The notes below the pieces were generated by a model. It was not told the origin of the DNA. It saw only the letters and a list, made by a program, of their open reading frames with translations, and did not search any database. A stretch of 14,974 bases of DNA from Thermovirgaceae bacterium (lineage in GTDB: Bacteria; Synergistota; Synergistia; Synergistales; Thermovirgaceae), in assembly GCA_046542505.1 (NCBI GenBank), contig JBKHBH010000046.1, positions 1 through 14,974 of the forward strand, given 5' to 3'. Of the stretch, positions 1 to 7,954 are shown in pieces (positions within the stretch are counted from its first letter, which is position 1; every line of letters starts with the position of its first letter). The position numbers and the translations under genes were made by a program.

Positions 1-7
1 TTTTTCC

Positions 8-51
8 GTGAGGCAACGAATCCGTTTCGTCTAGGTTTTAGGTGAGGCAAC
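8..51. repeat. 10-bp direct repeat GTGAGGCAAC x2
   Basis: Exact copies at 8-17 and 42-51 (34-bp period), just upstream of the putative -35. Confidence 0.6.
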
Positions 52-59
52 TCGCAGCC

Positions 60-89
60 TTGTCATGCCCCCTGGTCGCGTTTTATAAT
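60..89 (+). promoter_or_regulatory. Putative sigma70 promoter for panB
   Basis: TTGTCA (60-65), 18-bp spacer, TATAAT (84-89). Implies a start near 96 and a leader of about 235 nt. Confidence 0.6.
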
Positions 90-329
90 GCATAATACAT
101 TTTTCAGCAAAGGATCACGCAATCACGCCGGACAAGCCACATTGCCGCACTTTTTGCATGCTCCAGCATTTTTATTTGAAAACATGACTCCGCCTTCACT
201 CTTCTGACACCCCGTGCCATGAAAAATATCTGCGAAAAACGTTTCAGGACTCTCCGGGCTTGAAGGTGTGAGAAATGCCGCCAAAGTTTGTTCTCGCAAC
301 AACTAAAAACCTTTGAGGAGGGAACAGTC

Positions 330-1184
330 ATGGCAAAGAAGAAGGGACGTCTCGATTTCATCAGGATGAAAAAGGAGGGAGAACAGGTCGCCTGGGTGAC
401 GGCATATGATTTCCCCACGGCTTCTTTTGCGGAACAGGCCGGGATGGACATGATCCTCGTGGGAGACTCCCTGGGCATGGTGGTTCTCGGATACCAGGGA
501 ACGGTTCCTGTAACCATGGAGGACTGCATCCGGCACAGCCAGGCCGTGAGAAGGGGGGCCCCGAACACCTTCTGTATCGGTGACCTGCCCTTTCTGTCCT
601 ACCAGACCTCTGACAGTGAGGCCGTCTACAACGCCGGTCGATTCCTGAAGGAAGCCGACATGGACTCGGTGAAGCTTGAGGGCGGCAAGCGGGTCCTGTC
701 AAAAATCAAGGCCATTGCCGACGCGGGCATCCTCGTCATGGGGCACATCGGCCTGACTCCCCAGAGCTCAGGAGTGCTCGGCGGGTTCAAGGCCCAGGGG
801 CGGGACCCTGAAAGCGCCCGGGACCTGATCGAAGACGCTCTCGCGATCCAGGATGCGGGAGCCTGGTCGATTCTTCTCGAGGCTGTGCCGCCGGAGCTGA
901 CGCAGTTTCTGGCCAAAAAACTCGAAATACCCGTCTATTCCATCGGGGCCGGCGGCCCCTGCGACGGGCAGGTCCTGATCTGCGGCGACATGCTGGGGCT
1001 TTTCCAGGCTTTCACGCCCAAATTCGTCAAGAAGTACGCCAACGTGGCCGAGATCGAGACAAAGGCCTTCGAGGAGTATATTGCGGACGTCAAGGAAGGC
1101 AGGTTCCCCACAGACGAACACTGCTACCACATTCTCTCCGACCGAAAAGAGGAGTACTACAAGATGCTCAAGGAATTCGAGTAA
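330..1184 (+). CDS. panB: 3-methyl-2-oxobutanoate hydroxymethyltransferase (ketopantoate hydroxymethyltransferase)
   Basis: Motifs VTAYD, ILVGDS, VKLEGG, GHIGLTPQS, IGAG..CDGQVL. ATG at 330 is preceded by RBS GAGGAGG, preferred over TTG at 288. Confidence 0.95.
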   Translation: MAKKKGRLDFIRMKKEGEQVAWVTAYDFPTASFAEQAGMDMILVGDSLGMVVLGYQGTVPVTMEDCIRHSQAVRRGAPNTFCIGDLPFLSYQTSDSEAVYNAGRFLKEADMDSVKLEGGKRVLSKIKAIADAGILVMGHIGLTPQSSGVLGGFKAQGRDPESARDLIEDALAIQDAGAWSILLEAVPPELTQFLAKKLEIPVYSIGAGGPCDGQVLICGDMLGLFQAFTPKFVKKYANVAEIETKAFEEYIADVKEGRFPTDEHCYHILSDRKEEYYKMLKEFE

Positions 1185-1283
1185 AAAGTGACACTTGGCC
1201 CTGAAGAAGCGGCAGGACTTTCATGAGACCCCGTTGCTTCTGCGGTGCTTGTGCATTGTGAGGCGAAGTACTCTTGACAACCG

Positions 1284-1318
1284 AAAAGGGCCGGGCGGTT
1301 TTCCCGCCCGGCCCTTTT
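1284..1318. terminator. Bidirectional intrinsic terminator between convergent panB and fhs
   Basis: Perfect 15-bp inverted repeat AAAAGGGCCGGGCGG-TTTTC-CCGCCCGGCCCTTTT, giving U tails on both strands. Confidence 0.9.
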
Positions 1319-1353
1319 GTGCGAAGTTCTGCCCTTTCCCGATTCCTAAAAAC

Positions 1354-3024
1354 CTAGAACAGGTTGAGGATGTGCCCCTCGTCGTCCACGTCGATGGCCT
1401 CCGCGGCGGGCTTTTTGGGCAGCCCGGGCATGGTCATGATGGACCCGCAGATGGGCACGATGAAGCCCGCCCCCGCCGACAGCCGGACCTCGCGGACGGT
1501 TATCCGGAAGCCACGGGGACGGCCTTTCTTCGCCGGGTCATCCGTCAGGGACATCTGGGTCTTGGCCATGCACACGGGGAGTTTCCCGTAGCCCCTTTCC
1601 TCAAGCTCGGCAATGGTCTTCACCGCCGCGTCTGTGTAGTCCACTCCATCGGCGCCGTAGACGTCCTTGGCGATGGTCTCGATCTTCTCCCGGATCGGAA
1701 GCTCGAGCCGGTACAGGGGATGGTACCCGTTGTCGCCCTTTTCGATGGCGTCAAGAACGGCCTCGGCCAGCTCATATCCCCCGGCTCCGCCCTTTTCCCA
1801 CACTTCCGACAGGGCGATCCGCGCACCGTGGCGCTCCGCCGCCTGGTGCACGGCCTCGATTTCGGCTTCCGTGTCGGAGGTGAAACGGTTCAAGGCCACC
1901 ACCACGGGGACGCCGAAGCGGGACAGGATGTCGATGTGGGCCTCGAGGTTCTCCGCTCCCTTTTTGAGGGCCTCGACGTTCTCCTTGCCCAGTTCACCCT
2001 TGCCCACCCCGCCGTGCATCTTCAGCGCCCGAACGGTGGTCACCAGCACCACGGCGTCGGGGTGGAACCCGGCATGGCGGCTGACGATGTCAAGAAATTT
2101 CTCGGCGCCAAGGTCGGAGGCGAAGCCCGCTTCCACCACGGCGTAGTCGGTAAGCTTGAGGGCCATCTTCGTGGCGGTGATGGAGTTGGTCCCGTGGGCA
2201 ATGTTGGCGAAGGGGCCGCCGTGGACAAAGGCGGGAACGTGCTCGATGGTCTGGACCAGGTTGGGGTTGAGGGCGTCTTTGAGAAGCGCTGCCATGGCTC
2301 CGTGGGCCTTGAGGTCCGACGCGGTGACGGCATCGCCGTCCGTGGTGTAGCCCACCACGATCCGGCCAAGACGTTCCTTGAGGTCCTTGAGGTCTTTCGA
2401 CAGGCACAATATGGCCATGACTTCCGAGGACACGCTGATGTCAAACCCGCTCTCCCGGGGAACACCGTGGGGCTTCCCGCCGAGGCCGATCACCGTGTTC
2501 CGGAGCGCACGGTCGTTCATGTCGAGAACCCTCCGCCAGGTGATCCGGCGCGGGTCGAGGCCGAGCTCGTTCCCCTGCTGGAGGTGGTTGTCGATCATGG
2601 CCGACAGAAGGTTGTGGGCCGTGCTCACGGCGTGGATGTCCCCCGTGAAGTGGAGGTTGATGTCTTCCATGGGAAGCACCTGGCTGTACCCGCCCCCCGC
2701 GGCGCCGCCCTTGATCCCGAAGCAGGGGCCCAAAGAGGGCTCCCGAAGGCAGAGCATGGCCTTTTTCCCCTTTTTGACCAGCGCCTGGGTCAGGCCGATG
2801 GTGGTGGTGGTCTTCCCCTCTCCCGCCGGCGTCGGCGTGGTGGCGGTCACCAGCACCAGCTTCCCGTCGGGGCGCTCCGAAAGCTCGTCGAAGTATTTCA
2901 GGTCCACCTTCGCCTTCGTGTGGCCGTAGGGAATGAGGTATTCCCCGGGTATCTCCAGTTTCTTCGCAATCTCCCCGATGGGCTCCATCTTCGCTCTCTG
3001 CGCTATCTCGATGTCCGACAGCAT
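1354..3024 (-). CDS. fhs: Formate--tetrahydrofolate ligase
   Basis: Motifs [63 protein letters not shown] at 3024 gives the typical MLSDIEIAQ start with AGGGAG upstream (GTG at 3033 abuts the RBS). Confidence 0.97.
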   Translation of the reverse strand: MLSDIEIAQRAKMEPIGEIAKKLEIPGEYLIPYGHTKAKVDLKYFDELSERPDGKLVLVTATTPTPAGEGKTTTTIGLTQALVKKGKKAMLCLREPSLGPCFGIKGGAAGGGYSQVLPMEDINLHFTGDIHAVSTAHNLLSAMIDNHLQQGNELGLDPRRITWRRVLDMNDRALRNTVIGLGGKPHGVPRESGFDISVSSEVMAILCLSKDLKDLKERLGRIVVGYTTDGDAVTASDLKAHGAMAALLKDALNPNLVQTIEHVPAFVHGGPFANIAHGTNSITATKMALKLTDYAVVEAGFASDLGAEKFLDIVSRHAGFHPDAVVLVTTVRALKMHGGVGKGELGKENVEALKKGAENLEAHIDILSRFGVPVVVALNRFTSDTEAEIEAVHQAAERHGARIALSEVWEKGGAGGYELAEAVLDAIEKGDNGYHPLYRLELPIREKIETIAKDVYGADGVDYTDAAVKTIAELEERGYGKLPVCMAKTQMSLTDDPAKKGRPRGFRITVREVRLSAGAGFIVPICGSIMTMPGLPKKPAAEAIDVDDEGHILNLF

Positions 3025-3207
3025 GACTTTCACTCTCCCTTGACGAAGTTCGGCAGATTTGACATTGTGTTATAGCCTTTCAAAAAATCCGGGCTTTCCC
3101 TGACAAACCCGCGGACGATGAACATATTATCACTACCAGCCGCCTTCTTCCATGACCTTTCAAAGGGCGGAAAACAGGCGCCGAAACACGCAAGGGGGTG
3201 ACACTTC

Positions 3208-4125
3208 TTGAAGATACGGCTTGAAGCCGCAATCGCAAAGGGACGAAGCGTTATCGCCGGGGGCAGGGTCGCGGACTATATCCCCGAACTGGGCAAGGCG
3301 GACCCGAAAGCCCTTGCCGTGGCCTGCTGCGGCATGGACGGGGCAGTCATTGCTTCGGGGGATACGGACACACTCATTTCCATCCAGTCCATATCGAAGG
3401 TCGTCTCACTGGCGGCGGCCCTCCTCGAGTGCGGCGAAGAGAAAGTTTTCTCCGCAGTGGGAGTGGAACCGACAGCGGATCCCTTCAATTCCATCATGCG
3501 CCTGGAAATGAGGGCGCCCCACAGGCCCCAGAACCCGCTGATCAATTCGGGCGCCATCGTCGTGCTGTCTCTTCTGCCATACACAGAAAGCCGCTCACGG
3601 TTTGAAGCGGTCCTCGACCTGACACGGAAAATGTGCGCCAACACGTCTATTCTGGCCAACGAGACGGTTTATCTTTCTGAAAAGGCCACCAGCGACAGGA
3701 ATCGCTCCCTGGCATATTTCCTCAGAAGCACGGGTTCGCTGAAAGGAGACATCGAAGACATCCTGGATTCTTATTTCCACCAGTGCGCGATCGCTTGCAC
3801 CGTCAGCGACCTGGCCGTCATGGGAGCCACTCTTGCCAACGACGGCGTCAACCCCGTGAGCCGCGAGAAGGTCCTCCCAAGACGAATATCCCTTGCCCTG
3901 CGATCCCTCATGGCAACCTGCGGTCTCTACGACGGCTCCGGCGAATTCGCCCTCAGGGTGGGAATCCCTGCGAAAAGTGGCGTCGGCGGAGGGATCATGG
4001 CGGCCGCCCCCGGAAAGATGGGCCTTGGGACCGTCGGACCCTCCCTGGACCCCAAAGGGAATTCCATCGGCGGGATGCACGTTCTGGAGGAGCTTTCCAG
4101 AGAATTGGGCTTCCGGGTCTTATAG
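3208..4125 (+). CDS. glsA: Glutaminase A
   Basis: Motifs VADYIPEL, SIQSISK (catalytic SxxK), PFNSI, NPLINSGA, CGLYDGSGEF, PAKSGVGGGI. TTG start with RBS AAGGGGGTG 7 nt upstream. Confidence 0.95.
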   Translation: MKIRLEAAIAKGRSVIAGGRVADYIPELGKADPKALAVACCGMDGAVIASGDTDTLISIQSISKVVSLAAALLECGEEKVFSAVGVEPTADPFNSIMRLEMRAPHRPQNPLINSGAIVVLSLLPYTESRSRFEAVLDLTRKMCANTSILANETVYLSEKATSDRNRSLAYFLRSTGSLKGDIEDILDSYFHQCAIACTVSDLAVMGATLANDGVNPVSREKVLPRRISLALRSLMATCGLYDGSGEFALRVGIPAKSGVGGGIMAAAPGKMGLGTVGPSLDPKGNSIGGMHVLEELSRELGFRVL

Positions 4126-4135
4126 CCCTCGACAT

Positions 4136-4183
4136 ACCATACATCTAGTATTATTGTTGAATTTACTACCACATATATAGTGA
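4136..4183. promoter_or_regulatory. Tandem NrdR boxes upstream of nrdJ
   Basis: ACCATACATCTAGTAT (4136-4151) and ACCACATATATAGTGA (4168-4183) resemble the consensus acaCwAtATaTwGtgt. They are 32 bp apart, directly before an RNR gene. A possible TTGTTG-16-TATAGT promoter (4154-4181) overlaps box 2. Confidence 0.8.
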
Positions 4184-4212
4184 ACCTGCCTGAGAAAAGG
4201 AGCGGTCTCATC

Positions 4213-6342
4213 ATGCAGAACACCGGGCGAACCGGAAAAACCGCGAAGGCTCTTTCGGAAAACTCTCTGAGGGTCCTGCGGGAACGGTATCTCGTCAAGG
4301 ACAAAAGTGGAAAAATCATTGAAACCCCGGAAGAAATGTTCCGGCGCGTCGCCAATGCCGTTGCCGGTGCTGAAGGTACCGGGCCCGAGGACTCCCTGGC
4401 GACGGCCTTCCGGGGCCTGATGGAGCGGCTGGACTTTCTGCCCAACAGTCCCACCCTCATGAACGCCGGGCGTACAGGAGGACAGCTCGCCGCCTGCTTC
4501 GTGCTTCCCGTGGAGGACAGCATGGAGGGCATTTTCGACGCCCTCAAATACATGGCCCTCATCCACAAGTCCGGAGGTGGCACGGGGTACAACTTCAGCA
4601 AGCTCCGTCCCGGTGGGGATCTCGTCTCGAGCACCAACGGCGTGGCGTCCGGCCCGATCTCTTTCATGAGCATGTTCGACCAGGCCACGGAAGTGGTCAT
4701 GCAGGGAGGCATGCGTCGGGGGGCTAATATGGGCATCCTCAACGCCGATCATCCCGACGTCTTCAACTTCATCAGGGCCAAGACAGAGGAAGGGAAACTC
4801 AAGAATTTCAACATCTCCATCGGGGCGACGGAAGCCTTTATGCAAGCCGTCACAAACGATGGCGACTGGGATCTGGTGAACCCCCGAAGCAAAGAGATCA
4901 TCAAGACCGTCAAGGCCAGGGACCTCTTCGACCTTATCTGCGAAATGGCGTGGAAAACGGGAGATCCGGGCATGATCTTCCTTGACAAGATCGAAGAGAC
5001 GAACCCCACGCCCCATATCGGCCGCATCGACGCGACCAACCCCTGCGGCGAACAACCCCTGCTTCCCTACGAAGCGTGCAACCTGGGGAGCATCAACCTC
5101 TCCAACATGGTCGCTGAAGGCGGAATCGACTGGGACAAGCTCGCGGAGACCACCAGGCTGGCGGTCCGGTTTCTGGACAACGTCATCGACGTGAATGAAT
5201 ACCCCCTTCCCCAGATCGAGGAAACGGTCATGAAAACCCGCAAGATCGGCCTCGGCATCATGGGCTGGGCGGACCTGCTTTTCCAGCTGAGGATTCCGTA
5301 CGATTCCGAGGAAGCCCTCGAACTCGCCGAAAAGGTCATGTCCTTCATCACAGAAACGGGACGCGGGGAAAGCCGGGAACTGGCGAAAGTCAGGGCCCCC
5401 TACCCGGCGGACCGTGGGACGGGACTGCGGAACGCCACCATCACCACCATCGCCCCCACGGGGTCCATTTCCATGATCGCCGACTGTTCCTCGGGCATCG
5501 AGCCCGTCTTCGCCCTGGAGTTCACCAAGGAGGTCCTGGAGGGCAATCGTTTCACCTACGTCAACCCCTATTACCAGCAGGCCCTGGAAAGCGGGCTCGA
5601 CCAAGAAACCATCGACAGGGTCTTCAAGACAGCCCACGACATTGCGCCACAGTGGCATGTCCGCATGCAGGCGGCTTTCCAGAAAGCCGTCGACAATGCC
5701 GTCAGCAAGACCATCAACCTGCCCAACAAGGCCACCGTGGACGACGTGAGGGAGGCCTACCTCCTCGCCTGGGAGACGGGATGCAAGGGCATCACAGTCT
5801 TCCGGGACGGCTGCCGCTCCGAGCAGGTGCTTTACACTGAACGCCCCGTGCAGCAGAAGCTTCCCATCCCCCAGGGCACCGAAGGTCCGAAACCGATCGA
5901 GCGTCCCTTCGTCCTGACGGGGAAAACGGCCAAGATCCCGACAAGTTACGGGAACCTCTACCTCACCGTCAACGAGGCCAACGGTCGGCCAATCGAGGTG
6001 TTCACCACCATGGGAAAATCCGGGCATGAAACGATGGCCTTCACGGAAGCCATCGGCAGGATGATCTCCCTGGCCCTCAGAAGCGGTGTGCGGATCCACC
6101 ACATTATCAAGCAGATGAAGGGCATCGGAGGATCACAACCCGTCTGGCACGAGGACAGCGTCATCATGTCCGTGCCCGACGCCATTGCCTTCGGGTTGCA
6201 GCACCTTGGCTACCTCGACATGGAAGAAAAAGAAGTCATGGAGAGCATGGAGGAAACGGACATGTGCCCCGTCTGCGGCGCCTCCATGACCCGCATGGAA
6301 GGCTGCATTACCTGCACCGCCTGCGGATTTTCGAGGTGCTAG
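4213..6342 (+). CDS. nrdJ: Adenosylcobalamin-dependent (class II) ribonucleotide reductase with C-terminal TSCPD-like domain and Cys cluster
   Basis: Motifs PNSPTLMNAG, LAACFV, RRGANM, TNPCGEQ, EACNLGS, TIAPTGS, AVSKTIN, KGITVFRDG (no class I Tyr pair), C-terminal CPVC..CITCTACGFSRC. ATG at 4213 with RBS AAGGAG is preferred over GTG at 4180, which lies in NrdR box 2. Confidence 0.93.
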   Translation: MQNTGRTGKTAKALSENSLRVLRERYLVKDKSGKIIETPEEMFRRVANAVAGAEGTGPEDSLATAFRGLMERLDFLPNSPTLMNAGRTGGQLAACFVLPVEDSMEGIFDALKYMALIHKSGGGTGYNFSKLRPGGDLVSSTNGVASGPISFMSMFDQATEVVMQGGMRRGANMGILNADHPDVFNFIRAKTEEGKLKNFNISIGATEAFMQAVTNDGDWDLVNPRSKEIIKTVKARDLFDLICEMAWKTGDPGMIFLDKIEETNPTPHIGRIDATNPCGEQPLLPYEACNLGSINLSNMVAEGGIDWDKLAETTRLAVRFLDNVIDVNEYPLPQIEETVMKTRKIGLGIMGWADLLFQLRIPYDSEEALELAEKVMSFITETGRGESRELAKVRAPYPADRGTGLRNATITTIAPTGSISMIADCSSGIEPVFALEFTKEVLEGNRFTYVNPYYQQALESGLDQETIDRVFKTAHDIAPQWHVRMQAAFQKAVDNAVSKTINLPNKATVDDVREAYLLAWETGCKGITVFRDGCRSEQVLYTERPVQQKLPIPQGTEGPKPIERPFVLTGKTAKIPTSYGNLYLTVNEANGRPIEVFTTMGKSGHETMAFTEAIGRMISLALRSGVRIHHIIKQMKGIGGSQPVWHEDSVIMSVPDAIAFGLQHLGYLDMEEKEVMESMEETDMCPVCGASMTRMEGCITCTACGFSRC

Positions 6343-6386
6343 TAGCAGGCTTTGTCCTTTGAAGGAAGGTAAAGAGCAAAAACAGG

Positions 6387-6423
6387 AAAAGCAGGGGCCC
6401 CGAAAGCGGCCCCTGCTTTTTTT
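6387..6423. terminator. Bidirectional intrinsic terminator between nrdJ and the M81 peptidase gene
   Basis: AAAAGCAGGGGCC ... GGCCCCTGCTTTT inverted repeat around a GAAA loop, followed by a T run. Confidence 0.9.
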
Positions 6424-6437
6424 CGATGGCGCCCGGT

Positions 6438-7916
6438 TCAGATTTCGTCCAGGGGGAAAACAGGCCGCTTCAGATGTCTGTAGGCGAAATTGGAAAAATT
6501 CGAGGACAACAGGCCCGGCGTGTCGACCTCGATAATTTCCGCGGCCAGCCCTTCATAGGCGGCCCGAAAGTGCAGCGATGATTTCACAACGAGTATTTTT
6601 TTCTCCGTGGGCTCGATGCCCATGCGCCTGAAAATTTCCGGGTCCCAGGGCTGAAACCGCCGCTCGGGAACGATTACTTCGATGCCGCCGATATCGAGGA
6701 CCACTGTGCGTCCTATGTTGTTTACCAGGCCCTTTGCCATCGGCCCCTTGTTGACGAAGACCCCGTCGGTGATGGTTCGAACCCTGGCCGTTGTCTCCAT
6801 GGGCGCCCCGTTGACCTCTTCCGACTCCACCTTGCCGCCCAGACGCACTTTGATGGTTGCGCCCACGCCGGCCCTGACCGCTTCTTCGACGACTTCAGGG
6901 TCTGTGATTACCGCCAGGGCTGCATTTTTTGCGCCCATTTCGACAAGTTTCGAAAGGATGTGGGTTCCGTCGCCGGGACCTCCGCCACCGGGGTTATCCG
7001 ACGGGTCAGCCAGGACGACAGGCCCCGCGGGGGCGTTCATTCCCCTTCTGACCGCCTCATCGAGAGGAGTGAGAGTCCTTGCAAATTCCTCTTTTTTCGC
7101 CAGGATCTCCGATGCAAGTGCGTCCACGATGTCCTGCGCACGGGCTGGCTCTCCGTCGGTGACTGCCAGGACCGACATCCCTGTATAGGGAGTGTCCGCC
7201 CAGCCGAAGCCATGGACCACCGCCGCGTTGATAATCTCCGGGTTTGCTTCAAGGGCATGGATTTTTTCCGTCAGTTCCTTGAGGGGAGGGTTCGCCGTCT
7301 GCATCGAGGAAACGAGCATGGGGAGTCTTTTCATCTTCATTACGGGTCGGAGTTCGCCTCGCAGCACCCTGGCCATGCATTGCCCGGCCTCGAAGCCCCG
7401 GTCATACTGGTCTGTATGCGGATAGGACTCATAGGGAAAAAGCGCATCCGACAAGTCAACCATTTCCGGCGAGATATTTGCGTGAAGGTCAAGGGTGGCC
7501 ATAATCGGGACAGACCGGCCCAAGGCCCGCCTGAAAGAGGCCAAAAGCGCTCCTTCGCCGTCGGCATGATCCTCTGTCACCATTGCCCCGTGAAGGGACA
7601 GCAGGACACCGTCGATGCGGCCCTTCTCCCTTTCGAAAACCTCGAGGATGGAAGCTTCAAAGGTTTTGTAGACGTCCCGTGCGACAATGCCCCCCGGCGT
7701 GGCGTTTCCTGCCACTGACGGGATGATTTCCAGGTTTTCCCTTTCACATGCATCTATGAACCCGCCCAGTTCCACCCTGGTCCCCCTGAAAAACGGCACA
7801 ATATCGTCACCGAATTTGAGCGACCTGGATTCATAATCCGTCATGCGGGTTTTTGTCGAACAGAACGTGTTGGTCTCGTGCTTGAATTCCGCTATGAGAA
7901 TCCGTTTTTTCGTCAT
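6438..7916 (-). CDS. MlrC-like M81 family metallopeptidase
   Basis: Motifs HETNTF, LSLHGAM, LDLHAN, YPHTD, DNPGGGGPGD, VVKSSLHFRA. ATG at 7916 (MTKKRILIA) has RBS GGGGGTGG and avoids overlap with the upstream gene. Confidence 0.9.
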   Translation of the reverse strand: MTKKRILIAEFKHETNTFCSTKTRMTDYESRSLKFGDDIVPFFRGTRVELGGFIDACERENLEIIPSVAGNATPGGIVARDVYKTFEASILEVFEREKGRIDGVLLSLHGAMVTEDHADGEGALLASFRRALGRSVPIMATLDLHANISPEMVDLSDALFPYESYPHTDQYDRGFEAGQCMARVLRGELRPVMKMKRLPMLVSSMQTANPPLKELTEKIHALEANPEIINAAVVHGFGWADTPYTGMSVLAVTDGEPARAQDIVDALASEILAKKEEFARTLTPLDEAVRRGMNAPAGPVVLADPSDNPGGGGPGDGTHILSKLVEMGAKNAALAVITDPEVVEEAVRAGVGATIKVRLGGKVESEEVNGAPMETTARVRTITDGVFVNKGPMAKGLVNNIGRTVVLDIGGIEVIVPERRFQPWDPEIFRRMGIEPTEKKILVVKSSLHFRAAYEGLAAEIIEVDTPGLLSSNFSNFAYRHLKRPVFPLDEI

Positions 7917-7954
7917 CCTGCCCACCCCCTGCGGCAACGCCGAAACGGCCCGCC

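Noticed and set aside
1..60. CRISPR array remnant
   Set aside because: Only two 10-bp copies, too short for CRISPR repeats, and no cas genes.
143..220. Sigma54 promoter-like strings (TGCCGCACTTTTTGCA on plus, TGGCACG on minus)
   Set aside because: Each lacks either the invariant GG at -24 or the correctly spaced TTGC at -12.
1195..3075. 626-aa plus-strand ORF
   Set aside because: Antisense shadow of fhs, expected from high-GC codon bias, with no recognisable motifs.
3025..3207. ZMP/ZTP or THF riboswitch upstream of fhs
   Set aside because: No recognisable consensus on the minus strand. Only weak promoter-like hexamers and a CCTTTCAAA 9-mer occurring twice.
4120..6102. 660-aa minus-strand ORF
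   Set aside because: Antisense shadow of nrdJ.
4126..6342. Cobalamin riboswitch, intein or intron in nrdJ
   Set aside because: The gap is too short for a B12 riboswitch, and the catalytic motifs are contiguous with no insertion.
6438..7916. Microcystin degradation cluster
   Set aside because: No mlrA, mlrB or mlrD in the window. M81 homologues are widespread with other roles.
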